Below, piece by piece: positions 31,757-41,552 of a stretch of DNA of 64,000 nt. The DNA comes from Blastocatellia bacterium (GTDB lineage: Bacteria > Acidobacteriota > Blastocatellia > UBA7656), in the NCBI GenBank assembly GCA_963765495.1, contig CAVXWP010000010.1:64001-128000 (forward strand), written 5' to 3'. Within the stretch, counting starts at the first letter, position 1. Each line of letters starts with the position of its first letter. Below the pieces are notes generated by a model. The model had not been told where the DNA came from and made no database searches. It saw only the letters and a program-made list of their open reading frames with translations. The translations under genes and the position numbers were made by a program.

Positions 31757-32962
31757 ATGAACAAACAATCAAGTTTTATTACCATCTTTTTCGCTCTAGT
31801 CTGCACCCTGAACTCGATGACAGTGAATACAGTCGCGGCTGGAGGCATATTCTTTCAGGATCGCCAGAAGAGCGAAGACGATCAGCAAGCTTTAAAGCTT
31901 AAGGCAACGCTCGTTCAAATCCCCGTAGTCGTCACAGACGCAAGCGGGAAGTTTGTTACAGATTTGACCGAAGACGATTTTACAATATCGGAGGACGGCA
32001 AACATCAGAAGATAGCTATCTTCAGAGCCTTGAAACAGCCATTCAACGCCGTACTGGTTCTTGATACGTCCAACAGCGCGCAGGACAGGCTCACGGTGAT
32101 ACAAAGCGTGGCCCTGAGTTTCGCCCGCGAGATCAATCCTGATGATCAAATGATGGTCGTATCCTTTGATCACGACATTCACCAGTTGACGGATTTCACA
32201 TCCGATCAGGCGGAAATCTCTCAGGCCATAAAGAGTACCGAGCCGGGCTTCGGCAAATTGCTCTACGAAGCGGTGGCTCACTCGCTCGAAAAACTCAGAG
32301 ACCTCGAAGGCCGCCGCGCTGTAATCCTCCTGAGCGATGGAGTGGATATGCGCAGTATCGAGCAGACCGCCGAAAGCACTATAAGGCTGGCCGAAGAGGT
32401 GGGCGCGGTAATCTATGTAGTGCGATTCGACACTCGCTGGTGGATAGAAGAAGAGGCCCGCCGTCGGCAGCAGGAAGAGAACGAATCGAAGATACCCTTC
32501 CAGATAGATGGGCGAATCCCTCTGCCGCCGGATTTTGGGGGCCCCGATGTGACTACACCATCGGAGATTCCCCACCCAAAATCCCCGCGAATAGAGATAG
32601 GGCCGTCGAGCCGTCCGCCGATCACCTATGATGATCCTAATATGAATCGCACGATGGGACCTCCCCCACCGAGAGACCCCGTCAAAGAGGCGCTCGACAA
32701 GTTGTACGGCGAGGCCGATCAATTTATGGAAGACCTTTCCACACGCACGGGCGGGCGACTGTTCCGCGCAGAAAACTTCGACGGTACGCGGGGGGCCTTC
32801 AAGGCCATCGCCGAAGAGTTAAGAAATCAATATCTGCTGGGTTATTATCCGACAAACGAAAAATCCGACGGCAAATATCGAAAGATCAAGGTCGAGGTCA
32901 AAGGCAAAGGGCTCAAGATTCGCGCCCGCCCCGGCTATAGACCCGAAGAGAGTAGGCAGTAG
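31757..32962 (+). CDS. Secreted VWA-domain protein (Acidobacterial VWFA type)
   Basis: LVQIPVVVTD...DFTISEDG, MIDAS DTSNS, LLSDGVD, ELRNQYLLGYYP, ARPGY; Pro-rich insert. Confidence 0.9.
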   Translation: MNKQSSFITIFFALVCTLNSMTVNTVAAGGIFFQDRQKSEDDQQALKLKATLVQIPVVVTDASGKFVTDLTEDDFTISEDGKHQKIAIFRALKQPFNAVLVLDTSNSAQDRLTVIQSVALSFAREINPDDQMMVVSFDHDIHQLTDFTSDQAEISQAIKSTEPGFGKLLYEAVAHSLEKLRDLEGRRAVILLSDGVDMRSIEQTAESTIRLAEEVGAVIYVVRFDTRWWIEEEARRRQQEENESKIPFQIDGRIPLPPDFGGPDVTTPSEIPHPKSPRIEIGPSSRPPITYDDPNMNRTMGPPPPRDPVKEALDKLYGEADQFMEDLSTRTGGRLFRAENFDGTRGAFKAIAEELRNQYLLGYYPTNEKSDGKYRKIKVEVKGKGLKIRARPGYRPEESRQ

Positions 32963-33106
32963 GCAGTAGGCAGTTATTTTGAAGCCAAGAACTAATCCGC
33001 GTAAATCCGCCCGATCCGCGTCATCCGTGGCCTATTCCCAATGTTCTAATTTGGCATCTGGATAGAGAGCGATGTGTTCCCTTAAAAACTGCCTACTGCC
33101 TACTGC
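32951..33106. repeat. (AGTAGGC)n / (GCCTACT)n bracketed element, family C, with a nested family D half-element
   Basis: AGTAGGC x3 at 32951, ACTGCCT repeats at 33088-33106, AATCCGCGTAAATCCGCCCGATCCGCGTCATCCGTGG inside. Confidence 0.75.
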
Positions 33107-33324
33107 TTCTCCGTTATAGAGCAACAGCTACACTAATTGGTGTAACCTCCATTTTCACTCTCTCGCTGACTGCTCTGATTTATTTTGAATTTCTGCTTTG
33201 GAATGAATACCTTACCTGCCCGTAACCTCTGAATCAGCCAGATGCCCCTTTGCGGCATAATGGTTGCTCCAAAACTTTCCGGTTAAGATAACGATAAAAA
33301 GTTATTTGCATAAAGGATAAGAAT

Positions 33325-35502
33325 ATGAAACGCTCTCTCCCCACGATTCTCAGCCTGATTCTTCTATTCTCTGTTGCCTTGACACCGGTCACGATTCTGA
33401 GCCAGACAATAGATTCCACCTCACAAGATTCAGATGACAGCGAAGATGATCTTGGTGTCACGCAAGTAGCGCGGCTAAGCTTCATTGACGGCGATGTATC
33501 TTTTCTCCGCGCTGGCGTAAGCGAATGGGCCGATGCGGCTGAAAACCTGCCCCTGCTTGCGGGCGACCAGATTTATACGGGCGCAGGTGCTCGCGCAGAG
33601 ATTCAACTCGAGCGCGGCAATTACATAAGGCTTTCAGAGAAAACCGCTCTTACGATCTCGGAATTGTCGGACACCACGGCGCAGTTCGAGATCACAGAAG
33701 GCATAGCCATCATTCGCATCGAACGGTTCTCTTCCATATTTAAACGATTCGAAGTAGATACCCCCAATTCGGCTCTCATTCTTGAGCAGGACGGTCTTTA
33801 TCGCGTCAATGTTCAGGGCGAGGAATTATCGGAGGTGATCGTGCGGCGCGGCGCGACCGAGGTTTCTACCGAAGTCGGCAATTTCAAGGTGCGCGAAGGC
33901 AATCGCCTGATCGTAGACACGTCGCCTCAAGGAAGGCTCGAAATCGCCGCCGATACTTCGCTTGACGACTGGGATCAGTGGAGCTATGACCGCGACGCGG
34001 CGATTGATCGGATTACCGTCTCCTCATCGCCGGATTATGTAAACGATTACGAAACAAGCTACAACAGCTTTTACGGCGCAAGCGAGCTTTCAAGCTACGG
34101 CACGTGGACGAATGTTTCTTCATACGGGGATTGCTGGATTCCGAGGACGAGCGGCGACTGGGCACCCTACCGATACGGCCAATGGCTCTGGATACCGGCG
34201 ACGGGCTGGACCTGGCTTGCTAGCGAGCCGTGGGGTTGGGCACCTTATCATTACGGCAGGTGGGCCTACATAAGCAATCTGGGATGGGCCTGGATACCGG
34301 GCTTTCGCTCTCGGTCATACGGTTATGATCAGCGCTATTACAGATGGCGACCGGCGCTTGTCTCTTTCTTCAATTGCCCGACTCCTCGCGGTAACTATAT
34401 TGGATGGCGTCCGCTTCACCCGGGCGAGAGATGGCACAGGCCCGACCGTGACGGAAGAAACGGAAGAAAAGGCGACCATTCTCATCTGCAATATCCAACC
34501 GCTCGCGGCGGAGCGCGGCGGCCCGGAGATAATGGCGGAAAAAACCAGAGACCTGGAACTCGCGACGGAGTGACTGTTCTGCCGGTGGAAGGATTCACAA
34601 GACCGGGCAGGCTCTCTCCTCGGCCCGAAGCGCCCGGACGAGAATTGCATAAATGGGTGAGCGAAGATGCGCGACCCGGGTTGCCCGATCTGACTCCGAC
34701 TCAGGCGGCATCGGCTCCTATCTCAAAGCGAATCGACAGGCAGCAGGGGTTCCGCCCAGCAGTAAAACCGCCGATTGAGATCATCAAGCGCCCGGTAGTC
34801 ACACGCAATCGGACTATTGATACGCAGGCGGAAACGAGCGTTCCGCGCGTGCGCCGTCTGATCGTCCCGCGCAAACAGGCGGAATCGAATGATACGCCAC
34901 GGACAAGAGACAAGAAGTCAGGAGACAACCGCGCAGGTCTTCGCGACAAAGACCGCGCGAATGAATCCGGCGACGGGCAACAGCATTCATCTGATCTCGA
35001 TAAGCGCCCTGATCGAGCAAACAGGACTCCGCGATTTGAAAAGCCGGACCCTTCAAATGAGGTTGTTGTCACGACAAGGCCGAAGCGAGAATCGAAGAGG
35101 GGAGCCTCTGACGAGCAAGGAACTACCGATCAGGATAAGAACAGAGATAAGAACCCTGAAAAGGAGCGCGTGCGCCCACGCCTTGCGCCCGCGTCTGATC
35201 CGTCGGTCATCACTCAGCCAAAGGATAAGCCGCGCGAAAGCGAAGATCGTAATCGCGAAAAGAACTCTCCCGCGACCGAGCGCCCACGCCCTTCAAATGA
35301 TGAGCCTGCGCGTACACGGGAAAACAGACCTGAAAGGCCGCATGTAGACAGGGATTCAACTCCGCGAACCACGGAGCCGAAACGCGAGCGGCCCGATCCC
35401 CCTGCTGCCAAACAAGAGCAACCTCGCCAGGAACGCCGCCAGGAAAGACAGGAGCAGAAACAGGAGCGGCAGGAACAGCGCAAGCAGGGAAAAGACCATT
35501 GA
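33325..35502 (+). CDS. Secreted FecR-domain / DUF6600-like protein with long disordered charged tail
   Basis: VARLSFIDGDVS, NLPLLAGDQIYTG, WAPYRYGQW...EPWGWAPYHYGRW; R/D/E/P-rich C-terminus. Confidence 0.82.
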   Translation: MKRSLPTILSLILLFSVALTPVTILSQTIDSTSQDSDDSEDDLGVTQVARLSFIDGDVSFLRAGVSEWADAAENLPLLAGDQIYTGAGARAEIQLERGNYIRLSEKTALTISELSDTTAQFEITEGIAIIRIERFSSIFKRFEVDTPNSALILEQDGLYRVNVQGEELSEVIVRRGATEVSTEVGNFKVREGNRLIVDTSPQGRLEIAADTSLDDWDQWSYDRDAAIDRITVSSSPDYVNDYETSYNSFYGASELSSYGTWTNVSSYGDCWIPRTSGDWAPYRYGQWLWIPATGWTWLASEPWGWAPYHYGRWAYISNLGWAWIPGFRSRSYGYDQRYYRWRPALVSFFNCPTPRGNYIGWRPLHPGERWHRPDRDGRNGRKGDHSHLQYPTARGGARRPGDNGGKNQRPGTRDGVTVLPVEGFTRPGRLSPRPEAPGRELHKWVSEDARPGLPDLTPTQAASAPISKRIDRQQGFRPAVKPPIEIIKRPVVTRNRTIDTQAETSVPRVRRLIVPRKQAESNDTPRTRDKKSGDNRAGLRDKDRANESGDGQQHSSDLDKRPDRANRTPRFEKPDPSNEVVVTTRPKRESKRGASDEQGTTDQDKNRDKNPEKERVRPRLAPASDPSVITQPKDKPRESEDRNREKNSPATERPRPSNDEPARTRENRPERPHVDRDSTPRTTEPKRERPDPPAAKQEQPRQERRQERQEQKQERQEQRKQGKDH

Positions 35503-35513
35503 ACCTTGAGAAT

Positions 35514-35619
35514 TCTCTCGGTGGCACGGACTGGGCGGATGAGTTGCGAAAATTAGTTTAACACCCCATCTGCTTCATCCTCCTTCGTCTCTCCTCCGCC
35601 TGGTCGGTGCCATCGAGAG
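35514..35619. repeat. Imperfect long inverted repeat after the FecR-like gene
   Basis: CTCTCGGTGGCACGGACTGGGCGGA...TCCGCCTGGTCGGTGCCATCGAGAG. Confidence 0.6.
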
Positions 35620-35627
35620 TGACGAGC

Positions 35628-35707
35628 GATACGTGATGTGTGATTGAAGCGATTGACCTGTGAAATGTGAGTTGGCTCAAAGTCACGCATCACGCATCCC
35701 CTATCAC
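35628..35707. repeat. Family A heptamer-armed element
   Basis: GTGATGTGTGATTGAAGCGATTGACCTGTGAAA...AAGTCACGCATCACGCATC; aligns without gaps to the copy at 13580. Confidence 0.8.
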
Positions 35708-35740
35708 ATATAACACTTCCCGCTTCACCAGGAGATAGCC

Positions 35741-36814
35741 ATGAAAAGGTTTATGTTCATTCTGTTCTCACTCTCCTTTATTCTCATATGGCCTTCGCTT
35801 CCGGCGACTATCGCGCAATCGCCCGAAATCCCAAAATCACAGACTTCAGATTCACAGACCTCAGATTCACAGGATAAGAAAAGAGGTCCCGTCAAACTCG
35901 GAGTTGATCTGGTAGTGCTTGATGCGCAGGTCATGGACCAGAAGACCAGTCGCATAATAGGCAATCTTAAAAAGGAAGACTTCGTTCTCTCGGAAGACGG
36001 AGTCCGACAGACGATAACTCACTTCGGACAGGACAGCCTCCCGCTCTCTGTGATACTGCTTGTGGATAGAGGCGGATGTCTCGACCCCTTTGGCGAGCAG
36101 GTGCGGCAGGCTACGCTTGAGGCGCTCTCACGGCTCAAGCCCGAAGACGAGGTGGCGGTGATGGCTTTCCACGATACGGTTGAATTGATCCAGGGATTTC
36201 GCACCTATAAGAGGGCGGCCGTCGAGGCGCTCAACCGGATGCCGCCCCACGATGAAAATGCCGAGCATTGTTTCAATCGCGCATTCTATGAAGCCGCGAA
36301 CTATATGCAAAGGGCTGCAAATCCCGACGGTCGCCGCGTCATAATCATGATCACGGGACTCACGACGAGCTTTGATTGCTCGGGACCTTCCGCATCAGAG
36401 ACCCGCGAAGCGGTGCTCGAATCCGGTAGCGTTGTCTGTGGTCTCATCCCAAAAACGCCGGCCCAGAGGCTCGAAAACGGGGTGCTCGGAGGTATCACGG
36501 GCATAGCCGGTGTATTCAAGGCAAAGACTTCCAGCCTGAAAGATTTCGCCGAAGAGACGGGCGGCGAAGTCCTTGGCGCAAAACCCGAAGAGATTGACCA
36601 CGCTTTTAACGATCTAGTGAATCACCTGCGCACGCGCTACAGCCTCGGCTTTGTTTCCACGAATACGAAACGGGACGGAAGTTATCGCAGGATAAAAGTC
36701 GAACTGGCTCAAACCCCGGCTAAGGGCAAGACAAGACTGGTGGTCAAAACCAGACGCGGTTATATAGCATCAAAAGCGGGCACCGAAAAAACCGATTCCG
36801 GCAGTTCGCATTGA
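35741..36814 (+). CDS. Secreted VWA-domain protein (Acidobacterial type), atypical MIDAS
   Basis: LVVLDAQV, EDFVLSEDG, LLVDRGGC, ETGGE, LRTRYSLGF, TRRGY. Confidence 0.88.
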   Translation: MKRFMFILFSLSFILIWPSLPATIAQSPEIPKSQTSDSQTSDSQDKKRGPVKLGVDLVVLDAQVMDQKTSRIIGNLKKEDFVLSEDGVRQTITHFGQDSLPLSVILLVDRGGCLDPFGEQVRQATLEALSRLKPEDEVAVMAFHDTVELIQGFRTYKRAAVEALNRMPPHDENAEHCFNRAFYEAANYMQRAANPDGRRVIIMITGLTTSFDCSGPSASETREAVLESGSVVCGLIPKTPAQRLENGVLGGITGIAGVFKAKTSSLKDFAEETGGEVLGAKPEEIDHAFNDLVNHLRTRYSLGFVSTNTKRDGSYRRIKVELAQTPAKGKTRLVVKTRRGYIASKAGTEKTDSGSSH

Positions 36815-36826
36815 TCAAAAAACAGA

Positions 36827-36900
36827 CTTGCCATCGAATGCAAAAAGACACTGAGAAAAATTTAAAAGAATCTCAGTGTCTTTTTGCATTCGATGGCAAG
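36827..36900. repeat. Perfect 30-bp inverted repeat element
   Basis: CTTGCCATCGAATGCAAAAAGACACTGAGA-N14-TCTCAGTGTCTTTTTGCATTCGATGGCAAG. Confidence 0.9.
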
Positions 36901-36963
36901 CCAAATCCCTTCATTGAGAGCTATGCTTGACACGGCAAAGGGCCGGCTATACTCTCACACCGT

Positions 36964-37992
36964 ATGAGCGACGCTATTGATGTCGCCAGAAAAATCCTCA
37001 TAAACGACGAAGGCGAATTGCGCTCCGGCTGGCGAGTAGCCGTGTTCTTTATCGCCTTTGCTCTCTTTTCGGTATTGCTTGGCAGCACGGTCGCCGTCTT
37101 AGGGATTCTATTCCCCGCTTTCAAAGCCCTGCTCGCCGCACAGGATAATCCAGCGGCGGCTGGTTCAGCCGGTCTGGTTCTTTTTGCGCTCAGCCAGATG
37201 ATCAGCCTGATAGCGGTCATCGCGGCGACTCTGCTTTGCGCGCTTGCGCTCGAACACAGGAGCTTTGCCTCCGTAGGTTTCAAGCTGCACAAAGGCTGGC
37301 TGAAGGATTTCGCGATGGGTTCCATTCTGGGCACGGCTTCGCTGGGGCTGGCAGTGGCTATAGCCTTTGCGGCCGGGGCCACGCGCTTTCAGGTGCAGAC
37401 GACCGGGGTTGCGGTATTATTTCGTGATTTTATCTTTCTGCTCTTTCTGTTTCTGATCGCCGGAGCATTCGAAGAGTTGTTCTTTCGGGGTTTTGCGTTT
37501 CAGGCTTTGACTCATAATCTGGGGCCCGGTGCAGCTATAGCGATCACAGCCGCGCTGTTTGGGATGGCCCATCTGGGAAACCCGGATGCCACGTTTTATT
37601 CGACCATCAACGTAGCGCTCGCGGGCATATGGCTTGGCACTGCCTACCTGATGACCAGAAGCCTCTGGCTTGCGTTCGGGCTGCATTACTCGTGGAATTT
37701 GGTTATGGTCTTTGTCTTTGGCCTTCCCGTGAGCGGGTTTAAAGTTTTCAGTCAGCAAGGCTGGCTCGAAGGCGGCGCGGGGCCTCCCGAATGGCTTTCA
37801 GGGGGAGGGTTCGGCCCGGAAGGAGGCGTGGCGGCAACTGTTGCCTTGATCCTGTCTACACTGATAGTGTGGAAGAGCGGGCTTTTCTCAGCTTCTGAAG
37901 AGATGCTTGCTGCGATAAAACATGGAAAGAAAAGGACCCGGTTTTTGAGCCTGTCACTTGAAGATCAAAAAAAAGATTCATCATCAGAATAA
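36964..37992 (+). CDS. CPBP (Abi/CAAX) family intramembrane metalloprotease
   Basis: EELFFRG, FGMAH, HYSWN motifs; multiple TM segments. Confidence 0.92.
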   Translation: MSDAIDVARKILINDEGELRSGWRVAVFFIAFALFSVLLGSTVAVLGILFPAFKALLAAQDNPAAAGSAGLVLFALSQMISLIAVIAATLLCALALEHRSFASVGFKLHKGWLKDFAMGSILGTASLGLAVAIAFAAGATRFQVQTTGVAVLFRDFIFLLFLFLIAGAFEELFFRGFAFQALTHNLGPGAAIAITAALFGMAHLGNPDATFYSTINVALAGIWLGTAYLMTRSLWLAFGLHYSWNLVMVFVFGLPVSGFKVFSQQGWLEGGAGPPEWLSGGGFGPEGGVAATVALILSTLIVWKSGLFSASEEMLAAIKHGKKRTRFLSLSLEDQKKDSSSE

Positions 37993-38333
37993 GTACACCA
38001 GGGTAAGTACATCAGGATAAATAGACCGGAAATTAATTCCCATCCTTCGCGCTTATCTGAGATTTGAAATCTCGGATACCGTTACGCAAATCGAAGTGCG
38101 CTGCCTGCCGAAAATCAATTGAGTTGCCTACCCGGATATTCAACAAATTGCTTTATCTTCAATATATCGCAATATTGCAACTATTTTGTCCTCTGCTCGC
38201 GCGAAATTCGATGTATAATTCTCTGGTCATTAGAATGTGATCGGGGCTTCACTTCGGGTCAATACTTCGGGTCAATGGTCCCGCGAAATCTAATGATCTA
38301 ATCTCCCTCATGATTATTAAAGGTGGTTTTTTC

Positions 38334-40583
38334 ATGAACAGAAGAATTTCTATCGTTGCCATACTGATTGTGTTTTCAATCATTGTTGCGCCGGGCTTTC
38401 CAGGACTGCTTCATGTCGCCAGCGCGCAGAGCGATGTGAACCCGGCAGACTCCACCGGACCATCCGCGCCCAATTTGTCGGGACCTGTGCGCGCTATCGT
38501 AGAGCTTGAAGGCGAGTCGGTGGCCGCTCGCGCAAGAAGATTTACACCGGCAACGATTCGTCGCGGCAAGATTGATTTTGAATCGGCCTCGGCCCGCGCC
38601 GTTGAATCCGAAATCGAAGTCGAGCAGAACACATTTGCTTCGAAGGCCGCTCTGGTCTCTCCGAGTCTTCACGTCGAAGCCAGACATCGCAAGCTCATAA
38701 ATGCAGTCACGATTGAAGCACAGAGCACAGAACTCGCCGCAATCGCCGCCCTGCCCGACGTTAAAAGCGTAGAGATGGAAAAGCAGTATCACGCAACGCT
38801 TGATTCAAGCGTGCCTCTGATCGGCACCCCGGCTCTGTGGGAGAAGCTGGGCGGGTCGGCGGTCGCGGGAGAAGGCATCAAGATCGCCATCCTTGATACC
38901 GGCATAGACCAGAATAATCCCCTCTTTTCAGGAGCGGGATTTGTCGCGCCCGAGGGTTTTCCGCGAGGCGACGCCGGATTCACAAATAATAAAGTCATCG
39001 TAGCAAAATCATTCCTGAACGGTTCCTCCAGCCCACTCGACGAAAACGGTCACGGCACAAACGTGGCCGGTATAGCGGCGGGCAACCTCAACACGATCAC
39101 CCCGCTCGGCCCAATTTCGGGCGTAGCGCCCCGCGCCTTTCTTGGCAACTACAGAGTATTGAACAGGAGCGGTTCGGGCGGCAGCAGCGGAATCATTTCT
39201 GCCCTTACGGAGGCGGTGACAGACGGTTTCGATGTCGCAAACCTGAGCCTCGGCTCGGACGCGGGAAAGACTCTCGATGCACTTGCCCGCGCCGTCGAAA
39301 CGGCCGTGGCCTCGGGGATGACCGTATGCATAGCGGCAGGCAACGAGGGCGCTCAGGGAGAAAAAACAATCGGATCGCCCGGCATAGCGCCTTCGGCGAT
39401 AACGGTAGGCGCAACTTTTCTTGTGGAGCCGTCTCTTGCTGTGACCGATCCCGCGCCCGTCTCTCCGTCGGTTGCCAATCTGGTAACTGCCCGAGGAACC
39501 GGGGGCATTTCAACATCGCTTTTGCTTGCCTCCATCGGGCCACTGGGATATGCAGACACAAGCTCGCTCAACGGCCAGAGCCGCGTCTGCGGCGCTTTGC
39601 CCGACGGATCGCTCACAGGAAAGGTGGCGCTGATCGAACGCGGGGACTGCACCTTTACCGACAAGGTTAACGCAGCACAGGCAGCCGGGGCCGTTGCCGC
39701 GATTATCTTCAATCAGCCTTCGAGCGAAAAAACCGACGGCAGCGGGGGCGATCAATTGTTAGAGATGAGCGTGCCGGGAACCGCTATCCCCTCTGTTTTT
39801 GTCTCTCGCACAAGCGGGCTTGCGCTTCGAGACTGGCTGAATTCGCACCCGACCGCAAAATTAAAGATCGATCCGTTTGGCTCGGATGTCGTAGCCGCGT
39901 TTAGTTCGCGCGGTCCCTCATCGCTTGAAACTCTCAAACCCGATTTGACAGCGCCGGGCTTTAACATCTATTCGGGCGCTATAACTACATCCAACTCCGA
40001 TGGAGTATCCGACCCGAGCGGTTTCCTCGCGGTGAGCGGGACCAGTCAGGCAACGCCGCACGTCGCAGGCGCAGCGGCGCTCATCAAGCAACTCCATCCT
40101 TCGTGGCAGCCCCAGCAAATCAAATCAGCCCTTATGAGTTCGGCCGGCAATACGACGTTCAACGATTTAACCGAGCTTCAACCGGCAGGCGTGCTCGACG
40201 CGGGCGCGGGGCCTATAAATCTTGCGCGGGCGGCAGGCGTGAGTGCCGCTTTCTCGCCAGCGAGCCTCAGTTTTGGAATCAATAAGCTAAAGAAAAAGGC
40301 TGTGACCCTGTCGTCGGATTTCAATATCACGAATATGTCGGGCGGGTCGGAGAGTTACAAGATTTCCATCCAGCAGATTGATCCGGGCGACGGGGTGGAG
40401 ATCACTTCATCTGAGGAAATGGTTTCGCTCAGCCCGGGCCAATCCAGTACCGTAACCATAACCATCGCGGCGGCAAAGACAGCCGTAAAGCGCGACTATA
40501 CGGGCTATATCCTGATCACAGACTCCCTGGACCAGACCTATCGCGTGCCGTATTGGGTGCGGTATGTGAAGAAAAAGAAGTAA
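38334..40583 (+). CDS. Secreted S8 subtilisin-family serine protease (Vpr-like) with propeptide, PA domain and C-terminal beta domain
   Basis: ILDTGID, HGTNVAG, AAGNEG, ALIERGDCTFTDKV (PA), SGTSQATPHVAG. Confidence 0.94.
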   Translation: MNRRISIVAILIVFSIIVAPGFPGLLHVASAQSDVNPADSTGPSAPNLSGPVRAIVELEGESVAARARRFTPATIRRGKIDFESASARAVESEIEVEQNTFASKAALVSPSLHVEARHRKLINAVTIEAQSTELAAIAALPDVKSVEMEKQYHATLDSSVPLIGTPALWEKLGGSAVAGEGIKIAILDTGIDQNNPLFSGAGFVAPEGFPRGDAGFTNNKVIVAKSFLNGSSSPLDENGHGTNVAGIAAGNLNTITPLGPISGVAPRAFLGNYRVLNRSGSGGSSGIISALTEAVTDGFDVANLSLGSDAGKTLDALARAVETAVASGMTVCIAAGNEGAQGEKTIGSPGIAPSAITVGATFLVEPSLAVTDPAPVSPSVANLVTARGTGGISTSLLLASIGPLGYADTSSLNGQSRVCGALPDGSLTGKVALIERGDCTFTDKVNAAQAAGAVAAIIFNQPSSEKTDGSGGDQLLEMSVPGTAIPSVFVSRTSGLALRDWLNSHPTAKLKIDPFGSDVVAAFSSRGPSSLETLKPDLTAPGFNIYSGAITTSNSDGVSDPSGFLAVSGTSQATPHVAGAAALIKQLHPSWQPQQIKSALMSSAGNTTFNDLTELQPAGVLDAGAGPINLARAAGVSAAFSPASLSFGINKLKKKAVTLSSDFNITNMSGGSESYKISIQQIDPGDGVEITSSEEMVSLSPGQSSTVTITIAAAKTAVKRDYTGYILITDSLDQTYRVPYWVRYVKKKK

Positions 40584-40617
40584 TCTTTTCAAGTATGAAT
40601 AAAGATTAAGATAACTT

Positions 40618-40688
40618 TAGCCACAGAGGCACCGCAGACGCAGAGAATTTCTCAATCTTTCTCTGTGTCTGCGGTGCCTCTGTGGCTA
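40618..40688. repeat. 71-bp palindromic element (CACAGAG type, family E) between convergent genes
   Basis: TAGCCACAGAGGCACCGCAGACGCAGAGAA...TTCTCTGTGTCTGCGGTGCCTCTGTGGCTA. Confidence 0.88.
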
Positions 40689-40722
40689 TGATGCGGGCTC
40701 AGGTCACTCTATCTACGGCTGC

Positions 40723-41400
40723 CTATAAAAATAGAGATTTTGCTTCTTCCAAAGAAAACCCGGCGAGTGTCGTCAAGACGAGGTCGGCTTTTGAGAGTTG
40801 CGCCTTCGGGTAGGAATTTGTCACAGCCACGCAGCGCATTCCGGCGCGATGGGCGGCCTCAACTCCGTGGATGGAATCTTCTATCACCAGACATTCGGCA
40901 GGCTCTATCTGTTCCTCAAGACAATTTCCGATTCTTTCACAAGCTCTGAGAAACGGTTCAGGATGAGGCTTTCCGTGAGCCACATCTTCGGCGCTGATGA
41001 TCGCGCAAAAACACTCGCGCACGCCGCCGTGGCGCAAGACCAGTTCAACCTCGTGGCCGAGCGCACCCGACGCGACAGCCAGTGGAAAATATTCCGATGC
41101 CTGACGAATGAAATCGGCTACACCGGGAAAAAGGCTCAAATTAGCCCGCATCACGGGTTCGATGTAAAGGGCTTTGCGCCGGATCAAATCGCGGAGCCGA
41201 GCATTATCAAGCGATTTCCCGCGATCCGAAAAAACCTTACCGAAACAGCCGCGATCATCGAGCGCCAGATAGGATTGAAAATACTCTTCTCGGGTAAGAG
41301 TAATCTGCTCTTCATCGAGTACCTTTTGAAAGGCTGCCAGATGAAGAGGCTCCGTGTCGGCAATTACGCCGTCGCAATCAAATATTATGGCTTTAAGCAT
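40723..41400 (-). CDS. HAD-superfamily phosphatase (beta-PGM/CbbY-like)
   Basis: FDCDGVIADTE, VASG, KPHPEPF, IEDSIHG; start ATG 41400. Confidence 0.9.
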   Translation of the reverse strand: MLKAIIFDCDGVIADTEPLHLAAFQKVLDEEQITLTREEYFQSYLALDDRGCFGKVFSDRGKSLDNARLRDLIRRKALYIEPVMRANLSLFPGVADFIRQASEYFPLAVASGALGHEVELVLRHGGVRECFCAIISAEDVAHGKPHPEPFLRACERIGNCLEEQIEPAECLVIEDSIHGVEAAHRAGMRCVAVTNSYPKAQLSKADLVLTTLAGFSLEEAKSLFL

Positions 41401-41402
41401 GT

Positions 41403-41552
41403 CAGTAGGCAGTATGCGGTAGGCAGTAGGCAGTAAGCTGACGATCAAGATCAAAGCAACCGGGACGGTAACGCTTAGCCAGAATATGAATGTGAATGGT
41501 TGGTACCCACCTCCGGTATACCGATGCCACTGCTTACTGCCTACTGTCTACT
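41403..41552. repeat. Family C element with GGCAGTA / TACTGCC heptamer arms
   Basis: CAGTAGGCAGTATGCGGTAGGCAGTAGGCAGTA...CACTGCTTACTGCCTACTGTCTACTG; includes the stop codon of the EF-hand gene. Confidence 0.75.
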
